64,000 nt of DNA from Flavobacteriales bacterium (lineage in GTDB: Bacteria; Bacteroidota; Bacteroidia; Flavobacteriales_C; GCA-002722245), in contig PBEC01000018.1 in assembly GCA_002717515.1 (NCBI GenBank), positions 19,818-83,817 on the forward strand. Direction: 5' to 3'. The position numbers and the translations under genes are program-made. Shown here one piece after another: positions 37,467-45,053 of this stretch (positions within the stretch are counted from its first letter, which is position 1; every line of letters starts with the position of its first letter). Under the pieces are notes generated by a model, which saw nothing but the letters and a program-made list of their open reading frames with translations, did not search any database and had not been told where the DNA came from.

Positions 37467-38573
37467 CTATTTTCCTGCGAGTTCAGCTTGAACTTCGTTC
37501 ATGATTACATTTTGACGACGTATGGATTCTTTATGAATTAATTTTAAATAATTTTTCACAAAACCATCATCCAATCCCATTGCAACACCCAATGCTATTC
37601 TTTTATTTACAATCTCTTCCCACCTTCCTACTTGAAGTATGGTTACACTGTTTTCTCTTTTATATTCACCTATTTGATCTGCAACTTTCATTCTTGAAGC
37701 TATTTTTTGAAAGATGTCATCATCTATTTCATCAATTTCTCTTCTTAGTGCTTCAAGTTGATTAGAGTCAGCAGCGTCTACGTTTTCATGTCTGAAAGTT
37801 AAACCGTCCAAAAGTTCTGATAAGCCAGATGGAGTGACTTGTTGCGCAGCATCTGACCATGCAACAGATGGAGTTACATGCGATTCAATCATTAATCCTT
37901 CCATGTTTAAATCAAGTGCTTTTTGGCATACGTAAGGTAGTAATTCTCTATTTCCAGCAATGTGAGAAGGGTCATTAACAATGTCTAACTGAGGAAATTT
38001 TCTCATCATCTCAATAGCCATATCCCATTTCGGTAAGTTTCTAAAAGGAGTTTTTTCGTATGTTGAAAACCCTCTATGAATGGCCCCTAGCCGAGTAATT
38101 CCTGCAGATGCAATACGTTCTAAACCTCCCTGCCATAATGCAATATCTGGATTGATTGGATTTTTCACCAAAACGGGAATGTCAACGCCTTTAAGAGCAT
38201 CTGCAACTTCTTGAACAGAGAAAGGATTAACAGTAGTTCTTGCGCCAACCCATAAGATATCAATTCCGGCTTTTAAACAAGCTTCAACGTGAGCGGCATT
38301 TGCTACCTCAGTTGCCGTCAATAGACCAGTCTCCGCTTTTGCTTTGTTTAACCATTCTAGTCCAACTTCACCAATTCCTTCAAAAGAGCCTGGTCGGGTT
38401 CTTGGTTTCCAAATTCCCGCTCTAAGGACATTTACTCTATTATCTCTCGCAATTTCTTTTGCAGTAGTTAAAACCTGTTCTTCAGTTTCTGCACTACAAG
38501 GTCCAGAAATTACCATATGACCATTGATTCCTAATCCCCAGTCTTGTATTCTTTTGATATTGTTTAAACTCAT
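37467..38573 (-). CDS. Bifunctional DAHP synthase (class I beta) / chorismate mutase
   Basis: ISGPCSAE, RAGIWKPRTRP, WVGARTT, VKNP, DPSHIAG and ESH; C-terminal LRREIDEID chorismate mutase domain. Confidence 0.93.
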   Translation of the reverse strand: MSLNNIKRIQDWGLGINGHMVISGPCSAETEEQVLTTAKEIARDNRVNVLRAGIWKPRTRPGSFEGIGEVGLEWLNKAKAETGLLTATEVANAAHVEACLKAGIDILWVGARTTVNPFSVQEVADALKGVDIPVLVKNPINPDIALWQGGLERIASAGITRLGAIHRGFSTYEKTPFRNLPKWDMAIEMMRKFPQLDIVNDPSHIAGNRELLPYVCQKALDLNMEGLMIESHVTPSVAWSDAAQQVTPSGLSELLDGLTFRHENVDAADSNQLEALRREIDEIDDDIFQKIASRMKVADQIGEYKRENSVTILQVGRWEEIVNKRIALGVAMGLDDGFVKNYLKLIHKESIRRQNVIMNEVQAELAGK

Positions 38574-38612
38574 TTTACTTTATTTATACCGCAATTGCAC
38601 GAATTGGGACAA

Positions 38613-38620
38613 CAAAGATA
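38613..38620 (-). promoter_or_regulatory. -7 promoter element for the DAHP synthase gene
   Basis: TATCTTTG on the minus strand, about 40 nt upstream of the start. Confidence 0.65.
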
Positions 38621-38928
38621 GGATAGAAGTGAGATTGTTCCAAATAAAATTTGCTTATTCACAAATTAAGTAAATATTAACAAAATATAATTTTGATTAA
38701 GTGTTTTTTAGACTGTGTAAATTCAGAATAATTTACTTTTTCAAATGATTATTTGCCAAATGTAATTAAATCGGAATAAGATTTTTTTAAGAATTTAAAA
38801 AGTTTAGGTATAAATGAGGTGCTTCTATTGTAAAACCCGCTAAAAAATAATTTTAAAGGCTGTTTTCACAAAATTGATTTCTTATTGTTAGCCGTGGTTT
38901 GTCTATTCAGAAAAAGGTATTGATAAGA

Positions 38929-40014
38929 TTAATCTTCAGCTAACCAAGCATTAGCATTGTGAGATAATTTTGCTTTTGCTAATGCTTTTAAGGCTGTGAT
39001 TTTTTTGTAATAGGATCCATAAGAAACTCGTAAAAGACCTGATTTTGATTTACCAGCTATTTGTGCTTCTTCAAAACCTTCTTTCTTTAAATTTTTTACC
39101 ATTTTTGTTGCATTGGATTCAACACCGAAACATCCAGCAATGACATGAAATTTAGGGAGCGAAGAGGGTTTTCTGTTTTCAATGGCAATGCTTTCTTCTA
39201 CTGCTTTGAATTTGGCATCAATGGTTGCTTTTTTCTTTTGTATTTCCTTGATTCGTTCAATGTTTTCTGGTTCATTTAGAAGGCCTAAGTCCTCAAAACA
39301 CTGGATTTCTTCCTTGTTTAAAACAGGTAATGATTTATTAGTGTCTTCTTTTTTATCGTTTGAGACTTCGTTTGAATTCTTTTGTGTAGAAGTGTTTTTA
39401 TTGGAAAGAACTACTGAGTCAAAACCAAGATTTAAGTGTTGATTTGAGTAGTTTTTTTCCAGTTTATATCCTGCAAAAAGCAATAGAAGAATGGAGGCAG
39501 CAATACTTGTAGCTTTAATTAGTCGATGAGGGTTGGCGGACCCTTTTTTATCATCTAAGCCTCTTTCTATTCGCTGAGCAAGTCCAACTCTTATAATTGG
39601 AGAAGCGTGAACATTTGTTAATCCAAAGGATGAATTCGCAAAGTTGGTTTCATTAAATTGTTCGAAAACTAAATTTCCTTCATTGTTTAGAAGAAAAGAA
39701 CCTAAACCTTCCAGCTCAAGGTAATTGGTTCTTTTAAGTTCTTGATTCCAGTAAGATACTTTTGACTGAATGGCTTTCAAGGCATTGTTGTAACTTTCTC
39801 CTGTTTTGAGAGAAACATATTGAGCGAGCAGCCCGTCGTTACGATTAAGTTTTACGTTAAAAGAAACTCCTTTTCCCGGAGGAAGAATGATGTTTTTATT
39901 TGTTTCAAAAACAGCAGGACGATAGTGCGTAATAAAACCACCAAAATCGGGAATAATTACACAGTCTTCGTTAATGAGTAACTCTTTAGCTATTTTTTCA
40001 AGTCGTATATTCAT
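38929..40014 (-). CDS. HU-like (HU-CCDC81-type) domain + TM + SPOR domain protein
   Basis: ELL...DCVIIPDFGGF, FN..L..NDGLL, LEGLGSF; one TM helix; C-terminal FHVIAGCF....NA SPOR domain. Confidence 0.85.
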   Translation of the reverse strand: MNIRLEKIAKELLINEDCVIIPDFGGFITHYRPAVFETNKNIILPPGKGVSFNVKLNRNDGLLAQYVSLKTGESYNNALKAIQSKVSYWNQELKRTNYLELEGLGSFLLNNEGNLVFEQFNETNFANSSFGLTNVHASPIIRVGLAQRIERGLDDKKGSANPHRLIKATSIAASILLLLFAGYKLEKNYSNQHLNLGFDSVVLSNKNTSTQKNSNEVSNDKKEDTNKSLPVLNKEEIQCFEDLGLLNEPENIERIKEIQKKKATIDAKFKAVEESIAIENRKPSSLPKFHVIAGCFGVESNATKMVKNLKKEGFEEAQIAGKSKSGLLRVSYGSYYKKITALKALAKAKLSHNANAWLAED

Positions 40015-40091
40015 GACGTCAAAATCGAAATAAAGATATGTATTTTTTGGACTTTAACTGAAAAGAATATACAAAGAAAAAGTAATCTTTT

Positions 40092-40126
40092 TCAACTTGT
40101 TAATTAACAAGTTATTAACAAGTTGA
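40092..40126. repeat. Nested palindrome / direct repeat in a divergent promoter region
   Basis: TCAACTTGTTAATTAACAAGTTATTAACAAGTTGA: 20-bp perfect palindrome at 40094-40113, 13-bp outer arms, and TTAACAAGTT repeated with an 11-bp period. Confidence 0.85.
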
Positions 40127-40192
40127 GTTTGAATTTAAAGGGGTATAAGAATAGAAATTCTATCCGTTAAAAATTACTTTTAATAGTATTGC

Positions 40193-40200
40193 TAACTTTG
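40193..40200 (+). promoter_or_regulatory. -7 promoter element for the SLC13 permease gene
   Basis: TAACTTTG 10 nt upstream of ATG 40211. Confidence 0.65.
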
Positions 40201-40210
40201 TCGGTGATTT

Positions 40211-42004
40211 ATGTTTCAATTGAGTGAGTACATCAGCGAAGAAGGAGTCCAGGTTTATGTGATTGGAGTTATTCTTTTAACGATTATATTTCTTTACAAA
40301 GAGATATACAATACTGCTATCACTTTTCTCGGTGCAGTAGGACTTTTATTGCTTCCAGGTGTTGTGACGTCTAATGATGTTCTGTCTTCATTTGCTAATG
40401 AGCAGGTGGCAATCATTGTAATGCTATTAGTAATTGGACAGTTTTTAAAAAGGAGTCCTGTAATTGAGAATGTTTTCCAGCGTTTATTTTTGAAAACTAA
40501 GGGGTATTTAAAGTTTACATTTAAGATGACTGCTTGTGTTTCATTGTTTTCTGGATTTATGAACAATACCCCATTGGTTGCTTTATTGTTGCCATACGTG
40601 GTTGATTGGGGTAAAAAGAATAAGATTTCTCCGTCCAAACTATTAATTCCACTTTCTTTTGCTGCTATTATGGGGGGCGGATTAACTCTAATAGGAACAT
40701 CTACCAATTTAATTGCCGATAGCATCATAGTAGGGAAAATGGGTCCTTCAGCGGGATTAAGTATGTTTTCATTTTTTGTTATAGGAGCACCCCTTGTTGT
40801 AATTGGAATTGTTTATATACTTTTTTTTGGTAAAAGAATTCTTCCTAAGAATACAGGGATGATTTCCAATTTCCATAAAAACAAAAGAGAGTATTTGGTT
40901 GATTTATTGGTTACTGAGAAATCTCCATTGGTTGGAAAAACAATTGGTGAGTCTAACTTGAGAAGTTTAAAAGGATTATATTTGGTAGAGATTGTTCGAC
41001 CCGATAAAGTCAGAACTGCTCCAGGTCCGAAAGAAATTATGAGAGCAGGAGATTACATAATATTTGCTGGAGAAACTGATAATATTGCTGATATTGTTAA
41101 TTTGGATTTAGGCTTAGAGATGCCGAATGATTTAGAGAAGCTACAGCGAAAAAAAGAGGTTGTCGAAGTAATTGTTCCTTATAACTCTTCGTTGTCAAAA
41201 AAGAAGATTAAAGATACAGATTTTAGAGCGCGATTTGATGCTGCTATTATTGCTGTAAGACGAGATGGTGAAAAATTATATGGTAAAATAGGCGAAATGA
41301 CTTTGCAAAAGGGAGACATGATGTTATGTGTTGCTGGACATGATTTTTACAAGAGAATTGATCAAGCAAAAGAAGTGACATTGATATCAAATGTTCGTCA
41401 GTTACAAGATATTGATGGAAAAAAATCCACGTCATTAATAATTTCTACTGTTATTTCTATTTTACTACCCGCTTTAGGTTGGATAAGTTTGTTTCAGTCA
41501 CTTTTGCTTTTATTTGTTTTTTTATTGTTAACAAGGGTTGTTTTATTTGGAGAAGTAAAAAGAGCAATAAATATTAATTTAATAGCCATAATGGGCGGAG
41601 CTCTCTCTATTGGAGTAGCTATGGATAAAAGCGGGGCTGCTCAACTTATCGCCACAGAGGGATTAATTATTCTGGAGCCTTTAGGAACTATGGGGATTCT
41701 ATCTGGGGTATATTTAATAACTACTCTTTTGGCTGCATATATGACAAATATTGCAGCTGTTTCAATTATACTTCCAATTGCTTTAAGTTTTGCGGAGCTA
41801 AATGGTTACGATTATGAACCTTTCCTTTTTTGTGTTGCTTTTGCGGGTTCTAAAACTTTTTTAACCCCAATTGGGTATCAAACCAATTTAATGGTGTATG
41901 GTCCGGGTGGATATAAGTTTAAAGACTACTTTAAATTTGGATTTCCTTTGACCGTCTTGTTTATGGTGTCGACACTTATCATATTAAAGCTGATTTATTT
42001 CTAA
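40211..42004 (+). CDS. SLC13/CitMHS-type permease with tandem TrkA-C domains
   Basis: SGFMNNTP, LTLIGTSTNL, two TrkA-C domains and FLTPIGYQTNLMVYGPGGY.F.DY. Confidence 0.92.
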   Translation: MFQLSEYISEEGVQVYVIGVILLTIIFLYKEIYNTAITFLGAVGLLLLPGVVTSNDVLSSFANEQVAIIVMLLVIGQFLKRSPVIENVFQRLFLKTKGYLKFTFKMTACVSLFSGFMNNTPLVALLLPYVVDWGKKNKISPSKLLIPLSFAAIMGGGLTLIGTSTNLIADSIIVGKMGPSAGLSMFSFFVIGAPLVVIGIVYILFFGKRILPKNTGMISNFHKNKREYLVDLLVTEKSPLVGKTIGESNLRSLKGLYLVEIVRPDKVRTAPGPKEIMRAGDYIIFAGETDNIADIVNLDLGLEMPNDLEKLQRKKEVVEVIVPYNSSLSKKKIKDTDFRARFDAAIIAVRRDGEKLYGKIGEMTLQKGDMMLCVAGHDFYKRIDQAKEVTLISNVRQLQDIDGKKSTSLIISTVISILLPALGWISLFQSLLLLFVFLLLTRVVLFGEVKRAININLIAIMGGALSIGVAMDKSGAAQLIATEGLIILEPLGTMGILSGVYLITTLLAAYMTNIAAVSIILPIALSFAELNGYDYEPFLFCVAFAGSKTFLTPIGYQTNLMVYGPGGYKFKDYFKFGFPLTVLFMVSTLIILKLIYF

Positions 42005-42081
42005 ATCTTCTCTTTCTCATAAATATGATGTTTTTTGTGGCTTCTTTTAACTGTTAGCTTTAGCTGTGTTAAATTTTATTT

Positions 42082-42576
42082 TCAAGCAGCATCAAGTATG
42101 TCTATGTTTTTATATTTTTTCTTAAACTTATTGGCCGCACGCATTCCTTTAAAGAGATAATAGATAACAATTATTTTAATAATGAGACCATTAATAATAC
42201 TTTCTGGATCTGCAACTGCTGAAAGGCCTGTTAACAGTATATACAAAATTATCCCCGACAGCAAAGCGGCATATGGAACCCTTGTGGCCAACAAACCTAG
42301 ACCTAAGAACATTCCAGCAATAGTACCTTCAATAATTGCTGACAAATTATCTCCATGAGAAAGATAAATGAATAGTGGTATTACATTGAGACCGCCAACT
42401 ATCAGCAATGTGTTCCTTCCAGACTTAATAAATTCTTTTTTTTCTCTTTCCAAGGATTTTTCTTTTCGCTTTTTTACTACACTGGAAAATTTCTCTTTAG
42501 ACACTAATAAGGCTTTACAATACGGACATCTTATAGCTTTTGGGTTGATTTTTTTTGAGCAAGAAGGACAATTCAT
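42082..42576 (-). CDS. Hypothetical zinc-ribbon membrane protein
   Basis: CPSC...CPYC at the N-terminus followed by about 4 TM helices. Confidence 0.75.
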   Translation of the reverse strand: MNCPSCSKKINPKAIRCPYCKALLVSKEKFSSVVKKRKEKSLEREKKEFIKSGRNTLLIVGGLNVIPLFIYLSHGDNLSAIIEGTIAGMFLGLGLLATRVPYAALLSGIILYILLTGLSAVADPESIINGLIIKIIVIYYLFKGMRAANKFKKKYKNIDILDAA

Positions 42577-42612
42577 CTTTGTTTAATTATGATAAATGTT
42601 GTTGGTATATTT

Positions 42613-43452
42613 TTATTCAAAATTAATTACTTCTGTCGGGCTCAGAGGAGAGCCTTTAAACCATATTTCAAAATGTAAATGAGGTCCGGTTGTAAATTCA
42701 CCACTATTTCCTACAATAGCAATTACCTCTCCTGCTTTAACAATTGCTCCTTCTTTTTTTAACAAAACAGAATTGTGCTTGTAGATACTGATTAAGTCAT
42801 TACTGTGCTGTATTGCAATAACATGTCCTGTTTCTGCCGTCCATGAAGAAAAAATAACCTTACCGTTTAAAGTGCTTTTTACTCCAGCATTTTTTTCTGC
42901 TACAACATCAATACCATGATGGCCTTCATTTACTTTTAATTCTTTGGATACAATTCCTTCAATTGGTTTAAAAAAGTGAAAATTGGCTAATGATTTTGTT
43001 TCCTCTGCAATAGAAAGATTTATGAATTTATCCGGTAATAAATTACTTTTTCTGTTTTCCAAATTAATTTTTTCAAATGCCATGTTATTTATGGAGTCAA
43101 CAGGAATTCCAAAGTCTTTAAATGTTGAATCTAGTTTTAAGCCGTATTCAATTTTTCCTTGAATTTGCTTTTGAAGTTCAAATAATCTTTTGTTGTTTTC
43201 GATTAAATGTGCCTGAACTGATTCGGATTCATAACCAGGAATTATAAATGATTTTATAGGTGTAAAAGCAATGATGAGATATGTAAATAACACAACAGAG
43301 AAAGTACTTGCAAGAATTAAAAGGATGAGTCTTCCTAATGAAATGTTTCTACTGTAGACTTCTAAAAGCAAATTTTTATTTACTATCGATAAATGATAAC
43401 GAACTTTTAACCGTTGCCAAAAACTTCTTTTTGAGTTTTGATTATTTTTCAT
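42613..43452 (-). CDS. M23 family peptidase
   Basis: HHGID, YKHN and GPHLHFE Zn motifs; TM segment and coiled coil upstream. Confidence 0.92.
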   Translation of the reverse strand: MKNNQNSKRSFWQRLKVRYHLSIVNKNLLLEVYSRNISLGRLILLILASTFSVVLFTYLIIAFTPIKSFIIPGYESESVQAHLIENNKRLFELQKQIQGKIEYGLKLDSTFKDFGIPVDSINNMAFEKINLENRKSNLLPDKFINLSIAEETKSLANFHFFKPIEGIVSKELKVNEGHHGIDVVAEKNAGVKSTLNGKVIFSSWTAETGHVIAIQHSNDLISIYKHNSVLLKKEGAIVKAGEVIAIVGNSGEFTTGPHLHFEIWFKGSPLSPTEVINFE

Positions 43453-43470
43453 TTCTTAATTCGATTCAGC

Positions 43471-43980
43471 TTATTGAAATAGGGATTTTAATTCAACAGC
43501 ATCTTTTGGCGATAGTTTCCCCGCCATTATTAAGTTTAATTGTCGTCTTCTTAGTGCTCCTTCAAAACGTTCTTGTTCTTGTTCAGATTCGGGCACCAAC
43601 TCTGGAACCTCAATAGGTCGACCAATTTGATCAACAGCCACAAAAGTATATATTGCCTCGTTGTGTCTTTTTTTCTTACCAGTGATGTGGTCTTCAACCC
43701 AAACATCCATTACAACCTCCATGCTCGAGGTGAATGCTCGAGAAACTTTGGCTTCTATGGTAACAATATCTCCAAGTTTTATTGGTTTTTGAAATGCAAC
43801 CTTGCCAACGGATGCTGTTACAACAACTCTACGACAGTGCCTGTGAGCACTTATGGCACCAATAACATCCAGCCAATTTAAAAGTTGACCTCCCATTAAA
43901 TTTCCGAGTGTATTTGTATTGTTGGGTAAAACAATATGTGTTGCTGAGGCAAATGTGCTTTTTGCATTAACTGATTTCAT
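43471..43980 (-). CDS. Acyl-CoA thioesterase (hotdog fold, YciA-like)
   Basis: VLPNNTN.LGNL.GG.LL.WLD and VVTASV..V.F..PI..GD. Confidence 0.93.
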   Translation of the reverse strand: MKSVNAKSTFASATHIVLPNNTNTLGNLMGGQLLNWLDVIGAISAHRHCRRVVVTASVGKVAFQKPIKLGDIVTIEAKVSRAFTSSMEVVMDVWVEDHITGKKKRHNEAIYTFVAVDQIGRPIEVPELVPESEQEQERFEGALRRRQLNLIMAGKLSPKDAVELKSLFQ

Positions 43981-44038
43981 GCTTCTAAATTAAGTAATTA
44001 TTCAACGATTCGAATAGAACATTCGCCATTCTCCTATT

Positions 44039-44779
44039 TTAACGCATTCCTTCAAATCGAGTTGATCTATTTATTTTTTTCTTTTTTTTAGGTATTTTTT
44101 TCTTTTTTGGTTTAGAATTATAATTATCGTGCCTCCTAAACGGATTCCATATATTTCGGGATTTCTTTTTGTTTCCGGAATAGTCCTTTTTTTTCGAAGA
44201 ATATGAGTCTTTAAATGTGGAGTTTGATTTTCTCGAATTTGAAGAGCTGTAGGAGTCTTTAAATCTCAGGTTTTGTCTTTTTGAATCCCTGGAGCTGTAG
44301 GAGTCATTGAATCCAAACTTACTTTTTTTTCTTTTTCTTTTACTTCCGTATGAGTCTCGAAAGCCATGTTGTCTTTTTCTTCCACTTTCTCCTCCATACG
44401 AATCTTTGAATCCATGTTGTCTTTTTCTCCCACTTTCTCCTCCATAGGAATCTTTGAATCCATGTTGTCTTTTTCTCCCACCACTACTTCCGCTGTATGA
44501 ATCTCTAAATCTAAATTGATTTCTTCTCCCACCCGATTTTCCGCTGTATGAGTCTCTAAATCCACGTTGGTTTTTTCTTCCGGCAGTGCGTCCGCTATAT
44601 GAATCTCTATATCCTATTTGATTTCTTCTTCCCGGACTTCCTCCGCTGTATGAATCGTTTAATCTCACTTTATATTTTCTACCTCCTGTTTTTCCGCTGT
44701 AGCTATCATGGAACTTGGGTGAGCATCCAAGAAAAAATATAGAATGAACAAAAATAAATATCAAAATTAATTTCTGCAT
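44039..44779 (-). CDS. Basic low-complexity lipoprotein with 11 FxDSY[SG][SG] repeats
   Basis: Signal peptide II ending FLG-C19; 16-17-aa repeats; Lys-rich tail. Confidence 0.8.
   Translation of the reverse strand: MQKLILIFIFVHSIFFLGCSPKFHDSYSGKTGGRKYKVRLNDSYSGGSPGRRNQIGYRDSYSGRTAGRKNQRGFRDSYSGKSGGRRNQFRFRDSYSGSSGGRKRQHGFKDSYGGESGRKRQHGFKDSYGGESGRKRQHGFRDSYGSKRKRKKSKFGFNDSYSSRDSKRQNLRFKDSYSSSNSRKSNSTFKDSYSSKKKDYSGNKKKSRNIWNPFRRHDNYNSKPKKKKIPKKKKKINRSTRFEGMR
44195..44713 (-). repeat. Intragenic tandem repeat (48/51-bp units)
   Basis: CCATGTTGTCTTTTTC recurs at 44364, 44412 and 44460 (48-bp period); flanking units are degenerate. Confidence 0.9.
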
Positions 44780-44833
44780 GTTGGTGAAGTAAATATCTAA
44801 TTTACGATTTCCTTTTAATTTGGTTTTTCTTTG

Positions 44834-44841
44834 TATCTTTG
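44834..44841 (+). promoter_or_regulatory. -7 promoter element upstream of the thr leader peptide
   Basis: TATCTTTG 8 nt upstream of ATG 44850. Confidence 0.7.
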
Positions 44842-44849
44842 TAATTCAA

Positions 44850-44936
44850 ATGAAAAAGGGCAGTATAACATCAACTCAAAAATCAACGATAATTACAATT
44901 ATCGCTACTGCTATTATCACCCCTTTTGGGGCGTAA
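44850..44936 (+). CDS. thrL: Putative thr operon leader peptide, MKKGSITSTQKSTIITIIATAIITPFGA
   Basis: 28 codons, 6 Thr and 7 Ile, ending 117 nt before thrA; missed by the ORF track. Confidence 0.8.
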   Translation: MKKGSITSTQKSTIITIIATAIITPFGA

Positions 44937-45010
44937 ATTTCATATATATAATATCACTCAAATTATTTCTGGTTAAATCGTTATTTAGTCACGACATAAT
45001 TCAATATTTT

Positions 45011-45025
45011 TGCGCCTTCGGCGCA
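45011..45025 (+). other. GC-rich hairpin in the thrA leader
   Basis: TGCGCC-TTC-GGCGCA; its left arm is complementary to the 3' end of the leader ORF (GGGGCGTAAA). Confidence 0.6.
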
Positions 45026-45053
45026 CAGTTCGAAACATTATAAATAAAAAGAA

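Noticed and set aside
38574-38620. Aromatic leader peptide upstream of the DAHP synthase/chorismate mutase gene
   Set aside because: The promoter element is only about 40 nt from the start and no Phe/Tyr/Trp-rich uORF is present.
38574-40210. Replication origin
   Set aside because: Only a few, mostly imperfect DnaA-like boxes; no dnaA/gidA context; GC skew cannot be assessed from this window.
44364-44500. 48-bp periodic repeats as a possible CRISPR array
   Set aside because: The units are contiguous, lack unique spacers, are in-frame coding, and no cas genes are present.
44266-44565. 99-aa acidic repeat ORF (EKDNMDSKI...)
   Set aside because: It is an alternative-frame shadow of the repeat lipoprotein gene, kept open by the repeats, with no signal peptide or promoter.
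44039-44779. Repeat lipoprotein as a confident RiPP precursor
   Set aside because: No modification enzyme or dedicated transporter is adjacent; kept only as a weak alternative hypothesis.
45011-45030. thrA leader hairpin as a canonical intrinsic terminator
   Set aside because: It has no downstream U tract on either strand.
44831-45043. 70-aa TTG ORF in the track upstream of thrA
   Set aside because: It starts on the promoter element and has no recognisable features; the overlapping Thr/Ile leader ORF in another frame explains the region better.
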